A stretch of 64,000 bases of DNA from the IMG/VR virus record IMGVR_UViG_3300032234_000388, positions 96,001 through 160,000 of that record; one strand, written 5' to 3'. Below are positions 19,108 through 30,300 of this stretch, one piece after another. Made by a program: the position numbers and the translations under genes. Below the pieces are notes generated by a model. It was not told where the DNA came from. It searched no databases and saw only the letters and a list, made by a program, of their open reading frames with translations. Origin of the DNA: a virus. Taxonomy: Duplodnaviria > Caudoviricetes. The first letter of the stretch is position 1. Every line of letters starts with the position of its first letter.

Positions 19108-19428
19108 TTAGGTTGTTGAAGTCTCAATGCCCATAACTACCACAGACACGTTAGCGGCACTAGTTCGAACTACAATAAGTCTACCTGCATCTAAAACTAG
19201 ACCTGTTCTCTCTAACACACCACCTGCTGGAATCGTTGAATCAAATTCAATAAATTCACTATTTACGGGGGTTGCAGCACCAGCTATTGCTACTCTAACT
19301 GTAACTGCTGTTGCATTTCTATTACAAATACTAACAGTAGCTACAGTGAATGTATCAGCTGGGCATGTGTAAACTGTAGTATTTGTGGTTGCAGACATGT
19401 CTGCATTTCCTAATCTTCCTGTTGGCAT
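19108..19428 (-). CDS. Small virion structural protein
   Basis: Beta-rich; similar pattern to 33378-33710 and 43757-44191; late box CATAAATA at 19448-19455. Confidence 0.6.
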   Translation of the reverse strand: MPTGRLGNADMSATTNTTVYTCPADTFTVATVSICNRNATAVTVRVAIAGAATPVNSEFIEFDSTIPAGGVLERTGLVLDAGRLIVVRTSAANVSVVVMGIETSTT

Positions 19429-19450
19429 AATTTATTCTCCATGTTTATAT

Positions 19451-22400
19451 TTATGTAAGCATCATTGACATTGCTAAAGGTATTCCGGTAACGCCAGCTC
19501 TAAATTCAAATGTAGCCTTCATTTGTATTGCTGAAGCTGTGACGGTAGTAATTTGATTACCTGCAATGTATATACTACCAGCTGTTACGCTATTTACGTT
19601 TAAGGATGCGCCACCGCCACCAATTTGTGATGCAATATATGCTTTAATTGCTCGCTGTGTTGGAACTACATTATCACTATTTGAAGTAAAGAACGGATCA
19701 GTTGAGAATTCAGTAATCGACGCTGAACCGCCACCTAACGTAATATTTCCTAAAGTAAGTTCTTGTAGACCAGCAATATTAAACGCATCAGCATTTAATG
19801 TTGCAACACCTGTGGACTGCTCAATTGTAAACAAGTCGCCAACTCTAAAATTACCGTCTTGGTCAGTCGACGTAAAGAACACACGACCACCATTATTGTC
19901 TACTGTTTCGTTGGCTTGAACAGGCAACTGTGTTGGTAAGTTTGGATAATTAGTTTCATCAAAATTACCTGTACCGATATCTAAGAAATCGTGACCTGTT
20001 AAACGAACCTGACTATATCGTATTCTAGTAGTAGCTCCATCTAAGTGATTTGGTGGGCTAAATCTCTTCATATCTGGAGCAATCTGGAAGAATGCTCTAT
20101 AGTCGCCGGGTATTGTTCCTAATTGTGTTAATACCTGAACTAGTTTAAATGTTTGATCCGGTAAATGAGCAAACACTACGTTTGATCCAGCAACTGGGAA
20201 TTTAGTTAATCGTTTAACTGATATAAACTGTCCGTCTTGGAAGAAATCTCCGTAGCCGTCACCTGTTAATATTTCTGCTTCAGCAGCAACATATCCTGTT
20301 CCTCTATTAACAAATGAAGGATTAGCAATTGCACCATTGCCTGTTCTGACTAAAAACGGTGCTTCAAAAATATTGTTAGGATCAGTGATTGTCATTGTTG
20401 GTGCTGAAGTGTATCCAGAACCCGGTTCTAACATTCTAATAGCAAATATTTTTTCTTGTGCTACATATGCTCTTGCACGGGCTGTAGCTCCAACTAGTAT
20501 TTGACTTGCTACTGTCGAAGCTGTGCCACGCTGTATTGCTACCCATCTGCCTGATTGGTTAGGATTACCAAATATACATGCGCTAAATCCATTGGCTGCT
20601 GTACTGGTTGTTCTTGAAGTCCATACAATACCGTCTTCAGAACTAGCTGCTTGTGTGCTTTGACTTACTGCTAAGAACACTCCTTGACCGTATCTAACAT
20701 CAGTATACTGTGCCGAAGGTATAACACTAGCTGTCCAAATTTGACCTGTTAAGCTGTATGCAGCAGTTGTTCCGCTTGAATTAGAAACTGCAACGAATCT
20801 ATTATTACCCCAAGACACAGAAGTCCAGTTAGAAGATGCTGGCAATACTTTTTCAGTCCATGTTGCGCCGTTGTCAGTTGACACCGCAGCAACAGCTCCG
20901 CCGGATGCTACGGCTATCCAATTACCGCCGCCGTATGCAATTCCAGACCAAGTAGTGCTTTGAGGCAAGTTGCCACCAGTCAACCATGTTTGTCCGCCGT
21001 TTGAGCTATATGCTGTGGAGTTTGATCCGCTACGTACAGCGACCCATAGGCCGTTGCCGTAAGCAATTGCACTCCAAGTGCCTGTTGTCGGCAACGCTGC
21101 GCCCGAAGTCCAAGTTATTCCGCCATCAGTAGAATATGCGTTAGCAGTGCCGCCTGAACTAATAGCGACCATACTGTGAGCCATTGGAATAGCAGTTCCC
21201 GAACCAGCACCGACTGCTGTTGCTATAAAGATTCTACCTACTACGTCCGCTGAAGAACCAATTGCGGTAAATGCTGTGGTACCAACTGTGACTATTTTAT
21301 AGGCAGTGCCAACTACAAATGATCCTGCGTTAACTATTGTTCTATCTTCTCCGGATGCAATTGCTGTCCAGCTAGCAGTACTTGGCAAAGCATTAAGTCT
21401 TTCAGTCCAAGTAATTCCATCAACACTGGTGTTAATTGTTCTCGATCCAGAAGAAATTGCAACATAGTTGCCACCTTGTGCAGTTCCAACAAATTCATAA
21501 GTTAAAATTGCCCCGGTAATTTCATTAACAGCAGTAATTGTTATTGTAATGCTGTTTGTTGGATTTGTTCCAGTAAGTGTTGTTCCTGCAATAGTAATAG
21601 TATCTAATCTAGCATACCCGGTTCCTGCAGTTTTTAATGCAACTGTACTGTATTTGGTTCCTCTTCTAACTACATCAAACGTAGCATTGATTCCAGTGCC
21701 GCTAGTAGTTCCAGATACTCCTAAATATGTTCTATATAAAGGTGCATACCCAACATCTGTATAAGTTTGACTGGTAGCTAGTGTTCTTGCAGTTGAACTA
21801 TAAGTTGGAGCTGTAAATGTAATTCTAGGCTCGATAGTATATGTAGTTGATGCATCAGGTGCTACTATTGTTGTACCTGCAATAATATGATCAAATCCAG
21901 GAGCACCAGTACTTTCTCTAGTAACAGTTGCTACTTTAGTTCCTGCATTGTATGTTGCAATATTAGCAAACTGACCAACGCCTGCGCCACCAGTTAAGTA
22001 AATTCTCATACCTACGTATGCAGATGAAATTTCTTGATCGGTAGCAGCAATTGTGATCTGAGTAGTTGTTCCGCCTTGAGCTGTGTTAGCATTTGATACA
22101 TAACCAAATCCGCCAAAGTTTCCGTCGGATTCTGGAGCAGTAGTACTATCATCAACGCTATCTAATAACCTAACTTCAAAAACTGCACCGTCACGGAATT
22201 CATCTTGCTCTACGCGAGCGTTAGCGCCAGCGCCAGCAATAGTCCATGTAACATCAGTATAGTCAGATCCTGCATTTTCAAATTCAAACTGTAATACATC
22301 GTCAGCAGCATCAGTGAATACTGACCCCACAGTTGATACAAAGTTTCTATTATCAACAACTCCTGTGCCGATAACTTCTGTAGCATCAAAACCTTCAGCT

Positions 22401-25400
22401 ACGGAACCAAAATCTCCGTATGAGTTATTACCGTTGGTAGCACGGATACGTCCGCCGTTTTCAGCAAGATAACCAATATGTGCATAATATGAGAACACTG
22501 AAACTAATTCAGCACGCCCGTTATTGGTAATCCAAGCACCAATACCATCACTAATAACCTGTGTAAAGTCGTTGGAAACTATAGAATCATTACCGCCGTT
22601 GTGCAATGCGCCGTCAATCTTTTGACCAATTGCTGCATGACCGAAGGTAGTTACGTTTTGCACATATGGGGATCTGCTGATAATCCATGTACGGAAATCA
22701 TTTGGTCCCCAACCTGGATCTAACGAAACATACGCACCAGCAGAAACTCTTGATGTTCCGTATTCGTTAGGCGCTAAAAGATCTCCGCTTAGGTCGGCTA
22801 AAGTTTGATTTCTAATTCCAGTACCATTTCTAACATAGTACATGTCCTCTTCAAGACTGCCCATAACTGCATTAGCATAGTATCTTGCAGCCATTCTTGA
22901 TTTGTAATTTCCAGGATACATTAAATCAAATTTCAATGCGTCAATATATGCATGTACGTCTCTTTCGCAAGACGTTGTGCTATAACTCAATGCCACAGTC
23001 ATAGATCCTGTACCGTCGTCCATAATATCAAATGCAGTATTGCTATTTCTTGTGGTAGAAATTGTAAATGTTGTTGAACTTACTACATTCTGAACATAGT
23101 ATGTTGTACCTGCAACTATTCCGCCAAACGTTGTGCCTGTAAATCTTATAGCAGCATTACGTTGCATCCAAGCAGTGCTTGTACAAGTAAAGATATCAGT
23201 TGATGCGGTTGCTGCTGTTACAGTAGTTCTATTGGTAGCACCAATGTAAGCAGTAATTTCAGATACAATATAATCTCTGTTTCTTTCTAATTGTAATCTT
23301 GCATGATCGGCTGCACGAATTGAAGTTTGGCAGACAGATCCCTCATTGGTAGCACTGTAAACGATGTCATCTAATGCGTCCATTAACACACTAATACGTG
23401 CTTGTGCCGTAGCGTTTCCGCCAACGTTTGCCTGTGCCGCTGTTTTAACAAAAGCAAATGCTGCTCTTGTGGCTGCTTTTTGTCCAAGGTCAAACACATC
23501 ACTAGCTGAAGAACGTAGATAAGCATATGCAGCGTTGGTTGTTTGAACATTTGAATTAAACATAAAGTCAAACATAACTGCTTCAAGAATTAATCTTACA
23601 TCGCGCTCACATTTAGTTGAATTATAAACCAATGTTGGATAATTTGTAGAAATAAATGCTGTTGTGTTTGTTACAATAGTTTCTTGTGCAGCATCTAATG
23701 TCTGAGCTGCGGTAATTAATGCTGTTGTTGTGTTTACTCCGTTAGTTGCAACTGGGTAATCGATTACTTCGATATCGATGTCTAATCCAGTACCGTTAAC
23801 AAATGTAGCAAGAGTCGATCCACCGTAAGTGGCCGACAACTGGAATGTACTTCCAGTTAGAGTTCCAACTACCCAATATTTTACTCCAGCAGTCAACCCA
23901 TTGGCAGTTATTTTTGGAACAACTGCATCTCCTATTACTAGACCATGTGATGCTGATGTAAATGTATTGTTTGTAGCAATTTGTGTTACGTTGATCTGCG
24001 GAGTTAATCCTGTAGTCGAATCTCCTGAAATGATATTTGTAACAATATCAATTCCGTTGCCTACAAATGTGCTAGCTAGATTGCCATTAATTAGATACAC
24101 CGATGTCCATTGTGTAGCTGTGTTTCCTGTAGATCGTGTTACTGTTGTATTAGATACGATTTGTTGTAGTACAGTTTTTAATCTACCGTAAGCAGACACT
24201 GTTGCAGCAATTTCAGTTGAATCAATCATTAAGTTTGATCCAGGACCATCATAGTATGCCAAGCCGGCATTTAAAATTTGAGAACGACCACCATAGGTAA
24301 GGTCGTATATCATTGCGTCAACAATGTATCCAATGTCACGTTTACATTTTGTTTTAGAATATTTTACATTCGGAAAATTTTCTGCAATATAAGCAATTAA
24401 TTCAGATTTAACAAATTCTTTGTTTTCTCTTATTAGTGTTCTAGCATCGCCGTATCCTTGCAGGAATCCAACGTTATACCCAACTGGGTCGGCGCTTGAG
24501 AAAAATAATGCGGAACCAGTACTAAAATCAATACGATGTTCCATTACTCGAACCAGTTGTCGAACGGTGCTTACTTCTACAGAACTAGCATACGGCCAAG
24601 CTGCACTTTGAATTGCAGTATTGCCTGAACTTTCTGTAACATTAGTTCCAACAATAATTTGCCCGACTACTGTTTCTAATCTGCTTAGAGCATCTACAGA
24701 ATATTTTACGTCGTCGCGACTGGTTATGATTCCTGCAGGTCCTGCATTAGTTGAACGAACTTCGTCGCCAAGAATAACTGTTTCTGCTGGAACAATAATA
24801 GGTAAAATTTCACGATATCTTCCAGATTTTACATTAATTGTACTGTTAGGCACTGAACGTTCTGGTATACTGCTGCTGCTTAATGTTGATAGTGCATCAA
24901 CAACAATGTTTATTAAACTTACTGCAGTTTCTGTTGTTCCAGTTTCTGCAGCTTTAGCAACGTCTGAAACAAAATGTTGAGCAACAATAGCTGTTGAATC
25001 ATTTAAAACTGATTGATAGGCAACTGCTGGTGCAGTATTTGCCAACACTGCAGTCACAAGCTCAGTCATATATTGATATGCTGCTACACCTTCTTCTTTT
25101 TCTGAAGCTAAGGTTGCATAAGGTACATCTTCTTCTGCTGCTGAGAACGGACCTTCATCCAATACACCTAATAGACTTTGTGCGGCAGCACGAATTTTTA
25201 AATTTCCACCGTGACCAATATCCCAAATAAGTCTATCTACAATATAGCCAACGTCTCTTTCGCACTTGTATTCGTCGTAGTCAAATACAAAATCAATAGT
25301 TAAGCCAGTTCCGTCAACCAATGTTCCGACGGCTGGACCGTTTAATGTTAACGATACTCTAAATGCAGTTGAAGTTAACCCTGCAGAAATAACATAATAA

Positions 25401-27322
25401 TCGCGTTCGCTAATTATACCATTTAATGTAGTCTTGGCTCTAAGTGTGCGACCTGCAATTAATCCGTGATCAGTAGCGGTGTTTAATGTATTACTAGAAG
25501 TTATAGAAGTTGCTATAACTTTACTAAATGGAGATAGATTATTATCAATCTGATATCGAATCCAAGCACTAACTTCTCGTTGTATAAATGCTCGATTTAA
25601 CTCTAGAAGATGTTGTGCGTTTGGATTTCTAGCGCCATTCTCAACTTGTTCACAAGCATATCGAATAGTCTTCCAAGGTTTGTCTAGTGTTCCGCCGTGG
25701 GCTGGGTATGGTGCATCGGTACCGTTTGGAGCAACATAGTACACATGATCTATCTTACCCAATGTTCTCCATTCTGGATCTGTTCCGTTTGAAACTAAAA
25801 CCTGACCTTCTACTCCTACGGGCAATCTTGTTGGGCCTGCGCCACCAAAATAAACCAAGTCGCCTCGAACGCTAAGAATATCAACTTCGCTTCCTAATGA
25901 CAATGAATTCCAATACACTCCGGTAGAGTCTCTGTCCGGTCTGCTATTTGCCTGTCCGCCACCAGTAGCTCCAACTGTTGAACCGTCGTCTGCTTCTGAT
26001 CTATGAGCTAATACACAAATATATGCATTTGAACCAAATCTAACAGCGTCGCCTAACAAATACTCAAAGTCGTCTGCCCACTCCCCTCTCCACTTAATAC
26101 CAGAATTTAGTGTAATCCAATATGCAGCATTTGGAGGTTCTGCTGATACAACTGCGGTCATTGTGCCAGAGGCATTAGCAGTGATATTAAATGTTACACC
26201 GCCTGGTGTGGTACTAACTGTTATATTTCCAGCAGAAACTGTTTTAACATAGTATCTAGCTCCTGTGAACACATTGCCAAATGTAGTACCTGTGAATCTC
26301 ACAGTCATTCCTACTACGATACCAGTTGTGCTGGCAATGGTAAATTGATCGTTTGCTGCTGTTACAGCGGTAACTGTATAGGTGTTTGATGGAGAATCAG
26401 TAGTTGCTAGATATGTGTATCCTCCATAACTAACTACTTCGCCAATCTTGTATGATGTATTATTTGCCCAGTCGGACTGAAATTTTATTCCTTCAGAAAA
26501 TAAATCCCAGTCTGCTGTAATTGTTAATGGATTTGAGCCTGTGCTGATTGTTTTAGCCACATATTGATTTCCGCCATAGCGAACAATATCGCCAGGTTGA
26601 TATGTAGTGCCGATGTTCCAATTATCTTCAAACTCAACACCTTCAACAAATTGACTCCAGAATCCAGAATTAACATCAGTGCTAAAAGTAAGAGCCGCAG
26701 CATGTGCAGTGGTACAAATCCAAAGGCCTGCGCCTTGCTTAACAACGTCATTTAGTTTATAACGTGTAGAAGTAGCCCATGCTCCTTTGTACTGCAATCC
26801 TGGATTAAAATCGTCCCAAGACGATTGATTTCCTTCTAGTCCAACCGAGGCAGTTGATGCAGAAGTGTGTGCAGTATTACAAACATATGTATAACCGCCG
26901 TATCTTACTAAATCGTTTACTTTGTATCGAGTGGCTGTTGACCATGCACCTTTCCAATCAAGACCTTCAGCAAATAATGTCCATTTACTTTGATCATTTT
27001 CTAGTCCAAGGGCAACACTAGCGGCAGAAGTATGGCTATCAGAGCAGATGTATAGTAGTCCGCCGTACTTAACTAAATCGTTAAGTTTGTAAAAGGTAGA
27101 AGTGTTCCAGTCGCCTTTCCATTCTTGACCGTCACTCATCTGATTCCATTTGGAAGGACTGTATTCTAGATCTACATTAAAATCCGCATCTGATGTGTGC
27201 CCAACTGTACAAATATAACTACGACCACCGTATCTAATTACGTCGTCAACGTAGTAAACTGTACCATTTGTCCAGTCGCCTTTCCATACGAATTTTATTC
27301 TACCAAGTTTAAACTCTGCCAT
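19451..27322 (-). CDS. Giant fibre-like virion protein (~2620 aa)
   Basis: N-terminal WKGxW..Y..D.V.YGG..Y.C..H repeats (CBM5/12-like), beta-helix-like core, S.DG..W Asp-box propeller repeats; start MAEFKLGRIK after SD and late box at 27352-27359. Confidence 0.8.
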   Translation of the reverse strand: MAEFKLGRIKFVWKGDWTNGTVYYVDDVIRYGGRSYICTVGHTSDADFNVDLEYSPSKWNQMSDGQEWKGDWNTSTFYKLNDLVKYGGLLYICSDSHTSAASVALGLENDQSKWTLFAEGLDWKGAWSTATRYKVNDLVRYGGYTYVCNTAHTSASTASVGLEGNQSSWDDFNPGLQYKGAWATSTRYKLNDVVKQGAGLWICTTAHAAALTFSTDVNSGFWSQFVEGVEFEDNWNIGTTYQPGDIVRYGGNQYVAKTISTGSNPLTITADWDLFSEGIKFQSDWANNTSYKIGEVVSYGGYTYLATTDSPSNTYTVTAVTAANDQFTIASTTGIVVGMTVRFTGTTFGNVFTGARYYVKTVSAGNITVSTTPGGVTFNITANASGTMTAVVSAEPPNAAYWITLNSGIKWRGEWADDFEYLLGDAVRFGSNAYICVLAHRSEADDGSTVGATGGGQANSRPDRDSTGVYWNSLSLGSEVDILSVRGDLVYFGGAGPTRLPVGVEGQVLVSNGTDPEWRTLGKIDHVYYVAPNGTDAPYPAHGGTLDKPWKTIRYACEQVENGARNPNAQHLLELNRAFIQREVSAWIRYQIDNNLSPFSKVIATSITSSNTLNTATDHGLIAGRTLRAKTTLNGIISERDYYVISAGLTSTAFRVSLTLNGPAVGTLVDGTGLTIDFVFDYDEYKCERDVGYIVDRLIWDIGHGGNLKIRAAAQSLLGVLDEGPFSAAEEDVPYATLASEKEEGVAAYQYMTELVTAVLANTAPAVAYQSVLNDSTAIVAQHFVSDVAKAAETGTTETAVSLINIVVDALSTLSSSSIPERSVPNSTINVKSGRYREILPIIVPAETVILGDEVRSTNAGPAGIITSRDDVKYSVDALSRLETVVGQIIVGTNVTESSGNTAIQSAAWPYASSVEVSTVRQLVRVMEHRIDFSTGSALFFSSADPVGYNVGFLQGYGDARTLIRENKEFVKSELIAYIAENFPNVKYSKTKCKRDIGYIVDAMIYDLTYGGRSQILNAGLAYYDGPGSNLMIDSTEIAATVSAYGRLKTVLQQIVSNTTVTRSTGNTATQWTSVYLINGNLASTFVGNGIDIVTNIISGDSTTGLTPQINVTQIATNNTFTSASHGLVIGDAVVPKITANGLTAGVKYWVVGTLTGSTFQLSATYGGSTLATFVNGTGLDIDIEVIDYPVATNGVNTTTALITAAQTLDAAQETIVTNTTAFISTNYPTLVYNSTKCERDVRLILEAVMFDFMFNSNVQTTNAAYAYLRSSASDVFDLGQKAATRAAFAFVKTAAQANVGGNATAQARISVLMDALDDIVYSATNEGSVCQTSIRAADHARLQLERNRDYIVSEITAYIGATNRTTVTAATASTDIFTCTSTAWMQRNAAIRFTGTTFGGIVAGTTYYVQNVVSSTTFTISTTRNSNTAFDIMDDGTGSMTVALSYSTTSCERDVHAYIDALKFDLMYPGNYKSRMAARYYANAVMGSLEEDMYYVRNGTGIRNQTLADLSGDLLAPNEYGTSRVSAGAYVSLDPGWGPNDFRTWIISRSPYVQNVTTFGHAAIGQKIDGALHNGGNDSIVSNDFTQVISDGIGAWITNNGRAELVSVFSYYAHIGYLAENGGRIRATNGNNSYGDFGSVAEGFDATEVIGTGVVDNRNFVSTVGSVFTDAADDVLQFEFENAGSDYTDVTWTIAGAGANARVEQDEFRDGAVFEVRLLDSVDDSTTAPESDGNFGGFGYVSNANTAQGGTTTQITIAATDQEISSAYVGMRIYLTGGAGVGQFANIATYNAGTKVATVTRESTGAPGFDHIIAGTTIVAPDASTTYTIEPRITFTAPTYSSTARTLATSQTYTDVGYAPLYRTYLGVSGTTSGTGINATFDVVRRGTKYSTVALKTAGTGYARLDTITIAGTTLTGTNPTNSITITITAVNEITGAILTYEFVGTAQGGNYVAISSGSRTINTSVDGITWTERLNALPSTASWTAIASGEDRTIVNAGSFVVGTAYKIVTVGTTAFTAIGSSADVVGRIFIATAVGAGSGTAIPMAHSMVAISSGGTANAYSTDGGITWTSGAALPTTGTWSAIAYGNGLWVAVRSGSNSTAYSSNGGQTWLTGGNLPQSTTWSGIAYGGGNWIAVASGGAVAAVSTDNGATWTEKVLPASSNWTSVSWGNNRFVAVSNSSGTTAAYSLTGQIWTASVIPSAQYTDVRYGQGVFLAVSQSTQAASSEDGIVWTSRTTSTAANGFSACIFGNPNQSGRWVAIQRGTASTVASQILVGATARARAYVAQEKIFAIRMLEPGSGYTSAPTMTITDPNNIFEAPFLVRTGNGAIANPSFVNRGTGYVAAEAEILTGDGYGDFFQDGQFISVKRLTKFPVAGSNVVFAHLPDQTFKLVQVLTQLGTIPGDYRAFFQIAPDMKRFSPPNHLDGATTRIRYSQVRLTGHDFLDIGTGNFDETNYPNLPTQLPVQANETVDNNGGRVFFTSTDQDGNFRVGDLFTIEQSTGVATLNADAFNIAGLQELTLGNITLGGGSASITEFSTDPFFTSNSDNVVPTQRAIKAYIASQIGGGGASLNVNSVTAGSIYIAGNQITTVTASAIQMKATFEFRAGVTGIPLAMSMMLT
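22479..22579. repeat. 101-nt direct repeat, copy 1 (copy 2 at 30381-30481)
   Basis: Identical on base-by-base reading; a further identical 46-nt block at 22593-22638 / 30495-30540. Confidence 0.85.
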
Positions 27323-27367
27323 TTTCCACTCCAAAATTTATATAGCACGTATATTTATGCATTATTG

Positions 27368-30300
27368 TTACCTGTCCTTAAACGATTTTATAAACATGAT
27401 TTGTGCCAGCCAGCTGCCTCTCATGCCTGCGGGTCTACCGTATGTTCCTATTCCTGCAAAATTAGCCACTATCGGTATTAGTACAGATAACGACGCTGTA
27501 TTGCCTATAAGGTTAGGACCCACTCTTACAGTACCAGCAATAAAACTAGCGGTAAGCAAATCTGCTCCACCTACGTTTAGTCTGTTTTGCAAATAAGCCT
27601 TAATGGCTCGCTGCGTCGGAACTACGTTATTAGAATCTGCAACAAATAATGCATCTGTTGAAAACTCTCGAACAACTGCTCCTGATCCGCCAAGACGAAC
27701 ACCGCCTAGTGCTAACTCTGTAAGACCTTCAAGATTAAAAAAGTCTGCGCTAATAGTTACAACGCCAGTTGATTGTTCAACTGCAAACAATTCGCCTGCT
27801 CTAAAATTACCGTCTTGGTCTGTTGAGGTATAGAATACTCTACCGCCGTTAAATTCTACTACTTCATTTTCTGGCGCTTTAAAAAACGGTAATCCAGATG
27901 TGTATAATTCAGGATAGTTTGTATCTACAAAGTTTCCAGCACCGATGTCTAAGAAGTCATGTCCAGTTATACGTACTTGACTGTATCTTTCTCTAATTTC
28001 TACAGATGATCCGTGTTCTAGATCATAATCGTAGTCTAATCGAGGACTGACTCTAAATGTTGCAGTGTATGTTCCGTCTTGTTCTTGTGTTTCTACTTCA
28101 ACTGTAGTCACTGTAAAGAAATTTTCTTCACCCCTAAATCTAAATTGTGTTCCAGGGCCAGGTAATACTGTTACCCCTTGAATAGTTACAAAATTTCCGT
28201 TAGGAATAATGTCAGCATATCCGTCGCCTCTAATTACAACTGAGGTATTACTAGTTTTATAAGAAACTCCGCGATTTATCCAACTTGGTTGAGCTAACAC
28301 CTTGTCGCCCATACGCAAATTAATATAAACATCTGTAGTATTGTTAGGATCAATAATTGTATACGATGGTGCTAAATCGTATCCGCTTCCTGGTTCCCAT
28401 ATCCTTACGGATCTAACTCTACCAGATTCGACAATTACACGTCCTAGTGCTCTAGCACCGGTTAAAACTTTACATCCCTGTGATGAAAAATCTTCAGATA
28501 ACAATACCCACATAGGTCTGTTATTAGAAATTGTGCTATCATCGAGAGTAACATCTGGATTACCAAATGCTAGTGATGCCCAATTAGCTGCTTGAGATAA
28601 TAGTCTTGGTGTCCAGTGAATGCCGTCATATGAGGTAGCTGCAAATTGTGTAGGACTTGTTGTTGGATCTTCTCCGATGTCTCGGCCTCCGGTATTTCCT
28701 ATTGCAAAAAATACTCCTTGACCGTAACGTATTCTTCTCCAAAAATGTGCTGTTGATCCGTCCTGTGATGGCATTGTTGCTGGAAGCCACGTAACCCCGT
28801 CAAAACTATAACCAATTTGGCCGGTACTGCTTATCGCTACAAATCTTTGATTTCCATAGGCTACCGATTGCCAATCTAATGCAGAGGAATCCTCCGAAAC
28901 GTCCATTAATGTTGGCGCCCAAGTTAATGCGCCGTTAGCAAATGTTCCAGTGGCTGCGGTATTTCCGCTGTTTGCAATGGCAACAAATTTGCCTTTACCG
29001 TAAGTAATGTCAACCCATTCGTTACGTGTACTGTCACCAAAAGCAGGTAAGGTTGTGTTAATCCACGATGTACCGTTTAAACTATATGCTCCAATATTTG
29101 TATCGTCGGCAATAGCAACAAATATTCCGCTACCGTAGGCAATTCCAGCCCAATTTCGTGTAGCTGGCATACTTCGGGCAGTCCAGTTTATTCCATTTGT
29201 ACTGCTAGCTGCTTGATCGCTGTTATATCTAATTGCAACTATGGTGTTTTCACCGGCCGCACTATTGTACCAGTCTCCAGAACTAGGCAATGTAAATGAA
29301 GTCCAAGTGGTTCCATCATAGGAATATCTTCCAACATTACTGTCTGCCGGCATCGCTATGAATTTTCCACTAACTCCAACACCCTCGTATTCAAAGGTTA
29401 AAATAGAGTTTGTACTGTCATCAGATGTAGATTTTACAGTAATTGTGATGTTGTTTTCTGGTGAGGTTCCGCCTAATAATGAGCCAGGTATAATTAATGT
29501 TTGTTCATCGGCATATCCTGCACCGCCCGAAACTAGTGATACTGTATAGTTTCTTCCTATTTTAGAAATATTAAAAAATGCTTGAGAAGGTATTACATTA
29601 ATTGTTGTGCCAGATCCAAGGTCTGCGGGCACAGCCGTAAAGGTTTCTTGAGTTTCGCCATATATGATACTTGCATATGTTTGTGTTGTAATTAAGTTTG
29701 AACTTGACACAACGTATGGGGGTTCGTCAACAATTAGTCTTGGTTCAAATCTATACACTGCCGAAGTATTCAATGCTCCTAAAATTGGAGTACCCTGTAC
29801 CACATGATCCCATCCCGGCTCTCCAGTGGTTTCTTTAAGAATATTAACAACTTTAGTTAATTCGTTAAATCCACCTACATAACCGTACTGTCCTGTACCG
29901 TCTCCGCTGGTTATTATAACTCTTAATCCCAACAACTCTTCTTCGGTGTTTTCATTACTAGTTGCAAGAGTTATGGTTGTTGATGTTCCAGACTGAGCAT
30001 TATTACCAATAAGTGAATAGCCACCGCCGCCAGGAGTTCTTCCAATGTTTTCTGGGCTATTTCTTACTTGAAATTCAAATATTGCATTATCTCTAAATTC
30101 TTCTTGTATTACGCTAGCATTAACTCCAGATCCAATTACTGTATAATCTGCAGTAGTATACTGTTCTCCAGCATTTCCAAATTCAAATAATAAAATTTCG
30201 TCGTTGGCTTCGCCTGCTAGTGCTGATACCACTGTTGCTGGAGTTAATCGATTATTAATTACCCCAAAAGTTGGTGACTCTGTGGGGTCGTTACCGTCGG

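Noticed and set aside
25900-27322. CRISPR-like or DNA tandem array in the repeat region of the giant genes
   Set aside because: The periodicity is at protein level (about 45-50 aa repeats) with divergent codons; there are no identical repeats with spacers
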